Source of the DNA: Veleropilina oligotropha
Taxonomy: Eukaryota
Direction of reading: 5' to 3'
Length of the DNA stretch: 64,000 nucleotides
NCBI GenBank assembly: GCA_048128005.1
Contig: JBEUKZ010000101.1
Span: forward strand, 186,001 to 250,000
The position numbers were made by a program, and so were the translations under genes. Positions 39,001 to 51,000 of this stretch are shown piece after piece. The notes under the pieces are model-generated. The model had not been told where the DNA came from. It did no database searches and was given only the letters and a program-made list of their open reading frames with translations. Every line of letters starts with the position of its first letter. Within the stretch, counting starts at the first letter, position 1.

Positions 39001-42000
39001 AGACTACTGTCCTCGACAGCTGAACTGGTAGAATGGGGCACATTCGGAAAAACGGTCCGAGGGACCGTATGACAGAAATTCATATCTCGTGGTCAGCATA
39101 GGTTATGCTATAACACTTAAAGAGACTATTGCCCATAAATGCGCTCTTTTTTCTTTGAAAAGAAAACTACCGCATTTCAAAAATAACAAGTGTTTGCCAA
39201 TAACGTGGCAAGAGTCCCCCGCCAGTGATTAAGGGACTGCTATATCGCCCAATGCATGTATGGGAGCTGTTTATATATGTTGTACATAATATGATATGAC
39301 GATTGTCCAAACTGAGACGGAGAAATCGTATGGATGTCAACATAATCGACTGGTATCGGCGATATCCACAAATGTATCTATCTACCAAATATAAATGAAA
39401 TCAGTTCATTCTGTCTTGAGATATCGCGCTAACAACAATTAAATACATTTGGGGATATCGCTGGCACCAGTCAATTATGGCGACATTGACCTCGGTATCT
39501 GAAGACAGAAAATGAGGTCAAGGTCAACATAATCGACTGGTATCGGCGATATCCACAAATGTATCTATCTACCAAATATAAATGAAATCAGTTCATTCTG
39601 TCTTGAGATATCGCGCTAACAACAATTGAATGAGCAAAAGCGTAAACTGTACCCTGTGACCTTGAAAAGGAGGTGAAAGTCACCATAATCGACTGGTGTC
39701 GGCGGTATCCACAAAGGTATCTATCCACCAAATATAAATGAAAACGGTTCATTTAGTCTTGAGATATTGCGCTAACAACAATTGAATGAGCAAAAGAGTA
39801 AACTGTACCCTGTGACCTTGAAAATGAGGTCAAGGTCACCATAATCGACTGGTATCGGCGGTATCCCCAAAGGTATCACTCCTCCAAATATAATTGAAAT
39901 CGGTTCATTCTGTCTTGAGATATCGCGAAAGAGTAAACTGTACCCTGTGACCTTGAAAATGAGGTCAAGGTCACCATAATCGACTGGTGTCGGTGGCATC
40001 CCCAAAGGTATATATCCACCAAATATAAATGAAATCGGTATATGTACTCTTGCGATATCACGCTAACAACAACTGAATGAGCGAAAGAGTAAACTGTACC
40101 CTGTGACCTTGAAAATGAGGGCAAGGTCACAATAATCGACTGGTGCCGGCTGTATCCCCAAAGGTATCAATCCACCAAATATAATTGAAATCGGTTCATT
40201 CAGTCTTGAGATATTGCGCTAACAACAAATGAATGAGCAAAAGAGTAAACTGTACCCCGTGACCTTGAAAATGAGGTGAAGGTCACCATAATCGACTGGT
40301 GTCGGCGGACTCCCCAAAGGTAACTATCCACCAAATATAAATGAAATCGGTTCATTCAGTCTTGAGATATTGCGCTAACAAGGTCGTACGGACGTATGGA
40401 CGGACGGACGGAGGCGAATACTAGAGTCCCCCGCTCCGCTAAAGCGGGGGACTAATTAAAAGCAGTCGGCTTTTAATTACCTCGCACAGAGTGACATTTC
40501 CAATTGACCTAGTTGGAGCAAAGTTGTGTCGGTTTCTGCTTGTCAAATAAGATAAGCTGTCTGTTTGACAATAATATATATTGCCCAGTTACAATAATAA
40601 TTTCAAAAAAATCTATCATTTGATCTTATATCGATCATATCTTCGCGAAATTTTTATCAATCTGCGTGAACCGTGCGATAGAGGCTGATCAGTCATGCTA
40701 CACAGTCACGAAAAGACCGCATTTACGGGCAGTAGTCTCTTTAACACTAATAGGAGGGACAAGTTAAATCCTGTTACTATGGGCAACATATACCAAGGTT
40801 CTGACTACAATAGGATTGGAAAATTGTTAAAATTTGGTCTTAAAAAGTATACCAGTTCAGATCAAATGAAAATATTACTGGTATGTATTTCACCTTCTTG
40901 TGACGTCCTGTCTTATTTCATGCGCTTACATCCAAAATTCCTTTTAAAAGCTAATTGCGATAATTTTCAGTAAATGCATAATCCAATTTTCACATATAGC
41001 AAGTAATGAATATAGAAGTAAAGTACAACAGCATATGAATTATCCACGACATTATGCAAGCTTAACAATCCTGGGTCATTTTATGCCATCTCATTATAAT
41101 TTGCAATGACAGTGAATAATTGTTTTGATATATGCATCTAAGGACAAAGTTTACACTTGTCATTTATGGGTATGATTATTTACATTTGTGACAAGTTCCT
41201 TTCGTGAGCTCTCTCTATAAGCGGCCGCTTCAACAGTATAGTGGTACATGTTTCGTGTTGTGTCTCACGGACATACAACGATGCAAGACCGGTTGGGCTA
41301 GAGAGCCTGTTTATTCAATGTCGGCTCGCGTGACAATAGTAATACAAGGGCACATAACCCAACTAACATACTTGTTCTAGTTCACGTAACATCCTTCCCC
41401 TTTTAAGAAGTGGACTTGATCGTAGGATATGTGACAAAGAAATAAAAAGGTAAAATCGATATATTAAAGCGTCGTTAATGTTCAGGTTGACCATATGTCG
41501 TGATCATAAACATATTACGAAAGTTAACATAAATTATTGAAACACTCGCGAAAGTCTCTCGACACTTTTCACCGTTCTTCCTGATCGTGTCTGATAAGGA
41601 ATGTTCTCTGTGGTACAGGTAGTGTTTGGTTTGGATGGTGATTTCGGTGCGTTATCGAGTTGGACGGGTGGGGCCGATTCCTGAGCGATTGGAGCTGGCG
41701 ATTCTTTGGCTGTAACGTCGATGGTACGTTTCCCAGTTTCGATCTCCTGTGTTTAATGGTTTCAACACTCTGCGAGAGTCGTGCTTTAATGCTAGAGATG
41801 CGCGTTTGTTTTGCATTTGTAACATATCGTTGCTGGATTGCGGGTTTGGAGCGACGAGCAGCGCGGATGTGGTCGGTATGATAGACTTTGTTCTTCTACC
41901 CATAAGGCGTTGAGCGGGGCTTGTGTTTAATCCTTCAGTTGGTGTGTTTCTCAGGTTGAGGAGGCCAATGTATGGATCTTCATTTGCAGCAGCACATTTT

Positions 42001-45000
42001 CTCATAATGCGCTTTGCGATCTTCACTGCTGCTTCAGCTGCACCGTTTGCCTTGCTGTTACCCGGGCTCGAGAACTCATGTTTGAAGTCCCATGTTTTGC
42101 TGAATGATTTGAATGAACCTGACGAGTATTGTGGTCCTCCATCTGTGATTAAAACGTCTGGAATACCATGTCGAGCAAAATGGTGCTTCAGCTTTGTAAT
42201 GATCGTCTGTGAGAGTGTGTCCGACAGAAAATCGACTTCAAAGAATGAGCTGTAGAAATCTACTGTCACCAGGTAGTTTCTTTCGTGAATGGTGAAGATG
42301 TCGCTACAAACCTTTTGCCATGGGTGGCTAGGTACTTCATGTAGATGTAGCGGTTCGGGAGATTGTTTGTCGCAGTATGTAGCACATGTGACGCAAGCTT
42401 CTACGTATTGGCGAATTTCACCTGTCATGCCTGGCCAAAATACGAGTTCTCTTGCTCTACGTAGACAAGAGTTTATTCCGATGTGACCAGCATGAAGTTT
42501 CTTCTTGATCTCTGGACGGAGACCTGTGGGTATAACAAGTCTATCACCACGTACGATGATGCCATCTTGAACTGTGAGTTCGTCACGATACCTGTAGTAG
42601 GGTGTGAGCAGTGGTGACATACCATTTTTGTCATCGGGCCAGCCTCGAGATATAATGGCTGTGAGAAGCATCATCGTGGTATCTCGTTGATTTGCGGTAC
42701 GAATCGATGAGAGTCGATCCTGTGACACAGGTAAGAATGTCAAGTTGTTGACAACGACTGATTCACCGCTAGTAGAGACTTGTAGCGGTGCTCTAGAGAG
42801 GGTATCTGCTACTGGTATCGCCTTGCCTGGTCTATAGTTGAGAGAGTAATCATATTCTTGCGTTCTTAGGAGCATGTTCTGGAGTCTTTTAGGTGCCTTC
42901 GACAATGGTTTCTTCCTGATGGACTCTAGAGGTTTGTGATCCGTGATCACAGTCACATGTCGTCCGAATGTGTAGTGATGGAACTTGCTTAGTCCAAAAC
43001 TGACGGCTAGCATCTCCTTTTCAATCTGGGCATATCTCTTTTCCGTGTGGGAAAGAGATCTACTAGCGAAAGCAACTGGACATCCTTCCTGAAAGATAGC
43101 TGAACCGAGGCCGTATTCACTAGCATCGTTCTCTAGGGTGAGCTCTTTGTTCGGATCGAAGTACTTAAGAACAGGACTCCGCGTCACCAGATCTTTGACC
43201 CTGTCAAATGCGTCCTGTTGTGATGATGACCAACACCAAGATACATCATTCTTTGTAAGGTTGCGAAGCGGGTGCAAGACGTTTGTTAAGTTTGGCAGAA
43301 ACTTAGCTAGATAGTTGATGAATCCAAGGAAGCGTCTAAGTTCTTCTAGGTTCTGGGGATGCTGCATTTCCTGGACTGCTTTGACCTTTTCAGGGTCGGA
43401 GTGCAGGCCATCTGCCGAGATCACGTGACCCATGAAAGTGATTTCCTTCATCCGTAGTTGCAGCTTACCGGTGTTCAGTTTAATTTGCTTTTCTTCACAG
43501 CGTGTGAGAAAGGCATTGAGGTTCCGATCGTGTTCGGACAGATCTTCCCATGGATTATTACATCATCTACTTGGCAGATGATGCCATCTGGACCGTCCAG
43601 TGCTTCTAGGAGCTTTCGTTGAAAGATCTCAGCAGATACGTTTAATCCGAAGGGTAGACGAATCCAACGGTAACGTCCGAAGTAGGTTTGAAACGTAGTG
43701 AGCATACTGGAATCTTCGTCTAGCTGTACATGCCAATATCCAGAAGATAAGTCTGCTTTTGAAAATACTTTCGAGTTACTCAGTTCATGTAGAGAGTCTT
43801 CGAGGATCGGCAATGTGTAGCGTTCCCGTAAGAGGGCTTTGTTTAGTTCTAACGGATCAATGCATACGCGGATGCCACCTGATTTCTTGGTCGTAACCAC
43901 CATTTGACTGACCCATGGTGTCGGTTCACTAACTGGTGTTATGACTCCAAGTTCTGTGAGTCGGTCTAGTTCATTCTTCAACTTGGGGCGAACTGAGAGC
44001 GGTATGCGTCGTGAGGGCATAATGGTAGGAGTTGCTGATGGGTCTACCATTAAATGATGTTTTCCTGAAAACGTCCCGACCATGTCGTCGAATAGTTTTG
44101 CGTATTTGGCAGTGTCTACTACTGCAGCCACACGATCTAGGTTATCATTGCGCACCGTAATCAGTTTCATTTGTTCTGCCGCACGAAGACCGATGAGGGG
44201 AGTGTGATCTCCGTCGACCACAGTGAACTCGACTGAATACTTCTTTCCATTCTTCGGGTTTCGTATAGTTTTGCGACATGTGCCTAAGGGGGTTAACCCT
44301 GAGTTGTCCCATAATTTGAGTTTCCTCTTAGTGGGAAAGGTGTCGTGTGCGTAGCGAGAAGTTAAGATATTCACAGATGCTCCTGTGTCGACTTGAAATG
44401 TTACTTCATTCCCGTCCACAAGCATGTGACATTTGATATCTTTAGAATGTGGCATTGCATCAGAGGTCAATGCATTTATCCATTCTTCGTCAGAAGACGA
44501 GTCTTCCCCAACTTGGTGCACACGTTTGTCAATCGCACGTTTGCGATTATACTGTTTGTCAGGGCATTTAGTGGCAAAGTGATTTTTTCCTTTGCACAGA
44601 TTACAGGACTTTCCCCATGCAGGACATTTTTCCTTTAACATAACGTGCAAGCGACCACAGAATTTGCATTCTTTCTCGGGTTTCGGTATAGAAGTGTTCT
44701 TAGAGTTGGAGAAGCGCTTGCCAGTAGATGGTCTCTTATTTCTAGTAACTTTGTTGACAGACTCTTTGTATGGCATCTCTGTCCTGAGGGCACGACACTG
44801 AGCGCTCGCATTTTCAGCGGCCTTGCAGATATCTATCGATTTCCTTAGGGTAAGATCATGTTCTTTAAGTAGAGAGTTTTGGGTTGCAGGGTCTTTGATT
44901 CCTAGAACGATTCTGTCTCTTAAGATGGAATCAACGCACTCTTGACAATAGTTACACGTTTTGACCAATAGCCGAATAGCTGCTAGGAATGTCTCGAAGG

Positions 45001-48000
45001 ATTCGGTATCGTTTTGATTTCGTCGATTGAAGATAAAGCGTTCGTACGTTTCGTTCACTCGACCGATAGCGAATGTGTCAAATTTATCGACTATTTCAGA
45101 GAGTGTTCGATCAGTTTCGGGCGTGTCAAACGAGAACCCATTATAAAGTTTTAAGGCTTCGTCGCCTATTGTGTGTAGGAACAATGCGACTTGATAATGA
45201 TCTTCTTGTGCAGATATGTTCGAAACGATAGAATAGTTATGCCATTTTTGGCGAAATAGTTTCCAGTTCTCAGTTATGTTGCCTTCAATAGCGAGTTGTT
45301 GCGGCGGCCGTATGCCATGGACCGGATTGACTGACATAGCCATGTCAGGGGAGGTAACTCACGGGCGATAACGTACGTGTATGGCGAAAATATAAGGTTT
45401 ATTTATTACACCGCACTTCACGTTTCATATATAGTTCATATGATCATATAGTTCGTATCATATAGTTCGTATCATGCAGTGTATACTCACTGCGACGTGC
45501 GTAGGTGTGAGTTCCGTTTCGAGTTTGCGAGAGCTTTGCAACTGCGATCAGTAGAAATAGCGATACACCGTCGATGTTTTGAGTCGAGCGTTGGCCGTAC
45601 TGTTAGTTAGCGTGTTGTTCGTTTCCTTTCGCTGCCACCATGTTTCGTGTTGTGTCTCACGGACATACAACGATGCAAGACCGGTTGGGCTAGAGAGCCT
45701 GTTTATTCAATGTCGGCTCGCGTGACAATAGTAATACAAGGGCACATAACCCAACTAACATACTTGTTCTTGTTCTAGATTCCGAAAATCACTGACTTGA
45801 TACTGCAGACGCGAACAGTAGTGGGTTCGACCCCCAGCTGAGGCATCACACATTTGTTCAAGTTACGAATCACAGTTGTCCGTGACTGGTAGAAGAGGGC
45901 GAGTTTCCCCGGGCGACCGGGCTTTTCTCCATGGATAATACGGACGTCCTGGTTTGAAATATACAGGACATTAAGCATCGATCCTCTCCTTTCCTCTCTA
46001 TACGCAGCCATCGTAAAATTAAAGTGTGCTGATCCCATCAAATTTGCATATAATGAGGGGACAGTATACCAGTCACAAATTGCATGCTTACTGATACAGT
46101 TTCGGCACGAGACCTGAACAAGTATTCAGTGTTTCAGCTGCCTGAAAATTGTGTTTAGCGAAATTTATCCAAATATGATTTGGCTATTCGGCGAATGGGA
46201 GCTCAAAACCTGGTATTGGCTTATATCAAGCAGGGTATAAGTACATTAATATGTCTAGTAGCTGTTATTAAATTAAACCTGTTCGAACTCTCTCTTCAAA
46301 CTTGGTTAAAGGGAGATAACTCACCATGAAATAAAAAATCACCAGACAAATGAAGATTATTTCACAACAACAATATGATATGCCAAACATTCTAATTGCG
46401 CTTGCAATATTATTGAGACATTGTTGTACTTTTCTTGAACAATGCAAGTCATCACACGTCTGTGCAACAGTAGGACTGCACTCAGCATTACATCTCAATC
46501 ATCAAGTCATCACACATCTGTGCAACTGTAGGACTGCACTCAGCATTACATCTCAATCATCAAGTCATCACATGTCTGTGCAACAGTAGGACTGCACTCA
46601 GCATTACATCTCAATCATCAAGTCATCACACGTCTGTGCAACAGTAGGACTGCACGCAGCATTACATCTCAATCATCAAGTCATCACACGTCTGTGCAAC
46701 AGTAGGACTGCACTCAGCATTACATCTCAATCATCAAGTCATCACACGTCTGTGCAACAGTAGGACTGCACTCAGCATTACATCTCAATCATCAAGTCAT
46801 CACACGTCTGTGCAACAGTAGGACTGCACACAGCATTACATCTCAATCATCAAGTCATCACACATCTATGCAACAGTAGGACTGCACTCAGCATTACATC
46901 TCAATCATCAAGTCATCACACATCTGTGCAACAGTAGGACTGCACTCAGCATTACATCTCAATCATCAAGTCATCACACATCTGTGCAACAGTAGGACTG
47001 CACTCAGCATTACATCTCAATCATCAAGTCATCACACGTCTGTGCAACAGTAGGACTGCACTCAGCATTACATCTCAATCATCAAGTCATCACACATCTG
47101 TGCAACAGTAGGACTGCACGCAGCATTACATCTCAATCATCAAGTCATCACACATCTGTGCAACAGTAGGACTGCACGCAGCATTACATCTCAATCATCA
47201 AGTCATCACACATCTGTGCAACAGTAGGACTGCACTCAGCATTACATCTCAATCATCAAGTCATCACACGTCTGTGCAACAGTAGGACTGCACTCAGCAT
47301 TACATCTCAATCATCAAGTCATCACACGTCTGTGCAACAGTAGGACTGCACGCAGCATTACATCTCAATCATCAAGTCATCACACGTCTGTGCAACAGTA
47401 GGACTGCACGCAGCATTACATCTCAATCATCAAGTCATCACACATCTGTGCAACAGTAGGACTGCACGCAGCATTACATCTCAATCATCAAGTCATCACA
47501 CGTCTGTGCAACAGTAGGACTGCACTCAGCATTACATCTCAATCATTTCCTGGTCATTGACAAAATTTGATTGTACTATTAATTTATTGCATTGCATCGT
47601 CTATATATGTAAATATACAACTTTCCTATAACTCTGTCCCGATATTTTGGACTCCAACTACCGCGTTATATCGAGTCTGTCGTGTAATTTTAGATTCTCA
47701 GATTGTTAGATACCTTTTTATTACACAACGGATCTTTTGTTTTGAAGAGGTTGGTATTCAGCGTGAACACCTTGTTTTCAATGACGATTCAAAAGTAGGG
47801 CAGGCGCGGATCCAGGGGGGGGGTCGAAGGGGTCCGGACCCCCCCCTGCTCAGGTGACCGACGATTTTTCTAACATTGCATCTGATCGTAATTTTCGCTT
47901 GAGGGGTCAAAAACATATAATTTTAAACCCAGAGTGCAGGAGAAGCCGTTTAGCAACCCTAAATTACCAAAAAGTTTCTGCCGCGTGGGGCCCCCTCCCC

Positions 48001-51000
48001 ACACGGCCCGTTCATAGTATCCTCGCGACAGACTGGACCCCCCTCTGCTTAAATTCCTGGATCCGCCCCTGTAGGGTGGTATAGCCATACCACCCTACTT
48101 TTCACTCTATACCGACCTGCGTCCGTGCAAGACGGATAAAGCTGATCACAAGATAAATTGACAACAAAGGCGCTAATTGGCCGTTGTGTAAGTCGGTTAC
48201 AAACCTCGTTAGTCGGTATTCATCGATTTGAAAGACCTGCTTCCGTACTGTAACACCTCGACCGCTTTGCGGTCTCAGTGTCACGATCCGCACGGGTGCA
48301 GGTCTTTCAAATCGATGAATACCTCCAACTTGGTTAGTAACCTATACATACCGCTCAACATTTTCACATAAACTGCTTGAACTGACAATTTTTCTTTATG
48401 GCAGCAATGTCATACCTAACTGGCAAACAATCACAGACTTGGTCTACCAGAATTGATTTTTGTATTTTTTATGTCTTGACCTTTTTGTAAAAAATGTAAC
48501 TGGTACGAAAATTTGCATTCAGACAGCTTCTCAGATATAACCTCTCACTGCATTCTGACAGCTTCTCAGATATAACCTCTCACTGCATTCTGACAGCTTC
48601 TCAGATATAACCTCTCACTGCATTCTGACAGCTTCTCAGATATAACCTCTCACTGCATTCTGACAGCTTCTCAGATATAACCTCTCACTGCATTCTGACA
48701 GCTTCTCAGATATAACCTCTCACTGCATTTCGGCACCCGTTCAGATGAAACCTCACCTTGCTGCATTCCGACAGCTTCTCAGATATAACCTCTCACTGCA
48801 TTCCGGTGTCATATAGAATTTTGACCCCATAGAAAAGTGACCCGCAGGTCACTTTTCGTTAAAGAATTATCACCCGCGGGTCTTAATTCTACTGTAGAAA
48901 ATTGACCCGCCCTATAGAAAAGTGACCCGGGGGTCAAAAATGGACTGTAATATTAAATGACTCACCTAAATTATTAATACATGATGAATCAAGTGAATGA
49001 TGGAATATGAATGATGATACACAAGGCTGATATTGCCTCCCTAATATATTTAGGTACATAGATCGATAGTGTCTATACTGCTGACTGAAACTTGTGAAAG
49101 TAAAAATTAAAAGAAAATCGAAAACCAAAGGTCAAATTCTCTATTGATTGCAGTCAAACGTGTGATATGTGATCAGTGGGACATTATAAGTGAGCAAGAC
49201 TGGTATAAATGTAGAGGGGTAGGAGCAAAGGGGGGGGGGGGGGGGGTCATTATGTTTATCCATACCTTAGTTAGTTTCAAACTTGTGTTCCACTATATGA
49301 ACATGTGCATTTTAGAAATTCTGTTTTCGGTTTCGGAAGATATAATTTGTTATCTGTAATGGACATGAACATCTTTTAGAGTGCTCTTCTACTAAATGAA
49401 ATTTATCTGCGATGTATGTTGATGTTATGTTATTTCTTGTTTGTACATTAACAAATTGCTTTATTTAGTGTTAATCTGTGAGAGAAAGGTAACCATCCTA
49501 CGGTTTGAGATAATTTCATGCTTGACACCTCATATCCAACGTTCAATATTATTCTTACAGTGCGTTTCTGCAATATTTCTATTTGAGAGATACTTGTTTG
49601 CGTTTCTGCAATATTTCTATTTGAGAGATACTTGTTAAGCAAAGGTTTCCGCATACTGTACTGCAGTAGTCAATAACAGGAAGAATGCAGATTTTGTAGA
49701 ATAATTATCTTAAATTCAGGGGTAGGAATGTCATTATTCCTCTCAAGAGAGTAATTCTATATGACATCAATGCACATGTATGTATGGTCATTGTGAGATT
49801 TCTAATTAAGATTTAGGTCAATATAAATATCTAGAACGATAGAATAAGATATATGATAAATATCCGTTTTGTTGTAAATTAAACTATTACAGAGGGCACA
49901 TTTCCCTGTGTGTCAAAATTTGTATTCCAACATATCTTTTGATTCATCATGTACCAATATTTAGTACGGTCATTTTACCATTATAGTAAAATTTTGGTCA
50001 CCTGGCCACTTTTCAATAGGCCGGGTCATTTTTCTACAGTAGAATTGTGACCCGCGGGTCGCAATTCTTTAAAGAATAGTGACCCGGGTCGCAATTCTTT
50101 AAAGAATGTCGACCCTCGTCACTGTCGCGGAAAAATGACCCGGGTTCACTATTCTACGTGGGTCAATATTCTATCCAAGGGGTGGGTCGTTTTTCTACAG
50201 GGCGGGTCATAATTCTACAGCGGCAAAATGACCCGCGGGTCACATTTCTACGTGGGTCAATATTCTATCTGACAGGGGCACCTCTTCAGATATAACCCTA
50301 CCTCACTGCATTCCGGCACCTCTTCAGATATAACCATACCTCACTGCATTCCGGCACCCATTCAGATAAAACCTCACCTCGCTGCATTCCGACAGCTTCT
50401 CAGATGTAACCTCACCTCGCTGTATTCTGGCACCTTGTTGTCGATCGGCAGGCTGAACCCCATTGTCGAGCACGTTGAATTGTTCTTGTCGTAGAGACAC
50501 TCAACCACCTCCAATAGACCGACGGTTATCTCGATATCGGTGCCTCGGTAACTGGATGCGGTCTTCTGGGTGCATTCTACCGTCAGGGGCTTACCCAGGC
50601 ACCTAAACGGGTGAAATGGTAATGGAATGATGATAACAGGCTTACCCAGGCACCTGAAGGGTCAAGAGGATAATAAGCTTTCATAAGAAATATCTCTTTT
50701 TGGGATTGTATACGTGTCAAATAAAATATGTTGTTGCTTTCTATCTGTTCAATATGCATTCAAACACTGTTACACCAACAAACATCAAATTTTTCTCACA
50801 TGGATGTCATATAACGACTGCAACGAGCCTATCCGACTCAAATGGATAGGGCTCACTGTAGACTCGATCCTCCTAAAAGATGTTCCGAATTGGAGAGCGG
50901 ATCCGGATAATGGTCAGACTCGATCCTCCTAAAAGATGTTCCGAATTGGAGAGCGGATCCGGATAATGGTAAGACTCGATCCTCCTAAAAGATGATCCGG

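Larger units (their letters stand above)
41223..45993 (+). mobile_element. SINE family A split by the Gypsy insertion (head 41223-41248, body 45771-45993)
   Basis: Head GGCCGCTTC..AGTGG lies left of the LTR and the B box/core lie right of it; near-perfect TSD CTCTCTATA(A/C)GC at 41211-41222 and 45994-46005. Confidence 0.8.
48514..50435. repeat. 35-41 bp minisatellite derived from the exon w7 end and donor, split by an insertion (48514-48806 and 50275-50435)
   Basis: Units (C)CTCAC(CTCGC)TGCATTC..CAGATATAAC match the exon end CTCACCTCGCTGTATTCTGGCACC. Confidence 0.88.

Noticed and set aside
32442..40740. Composite Kolobok transposon that mobilised the LRR gene
   Set aside because: Each copy is complete with its own TTAA on both sides. 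TTAA is a fixed target, so it gives no evidence of co-transposition.
43451..43560. Programmed ribosomal frameshift between the two Gypsy ORFs
   Set aside because: The break falls inside RT just after the catalytic DD, not at the gag/pol boundary, so it is a mutation or a sequencing error.
46445..47546. CRISPR-like appearance of regular arrays (also 1-1067 and 60225-61550)
   Set aside because: Units are contiguous with no unique spacers, there are no cas genes, and the context is a eukaryotic intron.
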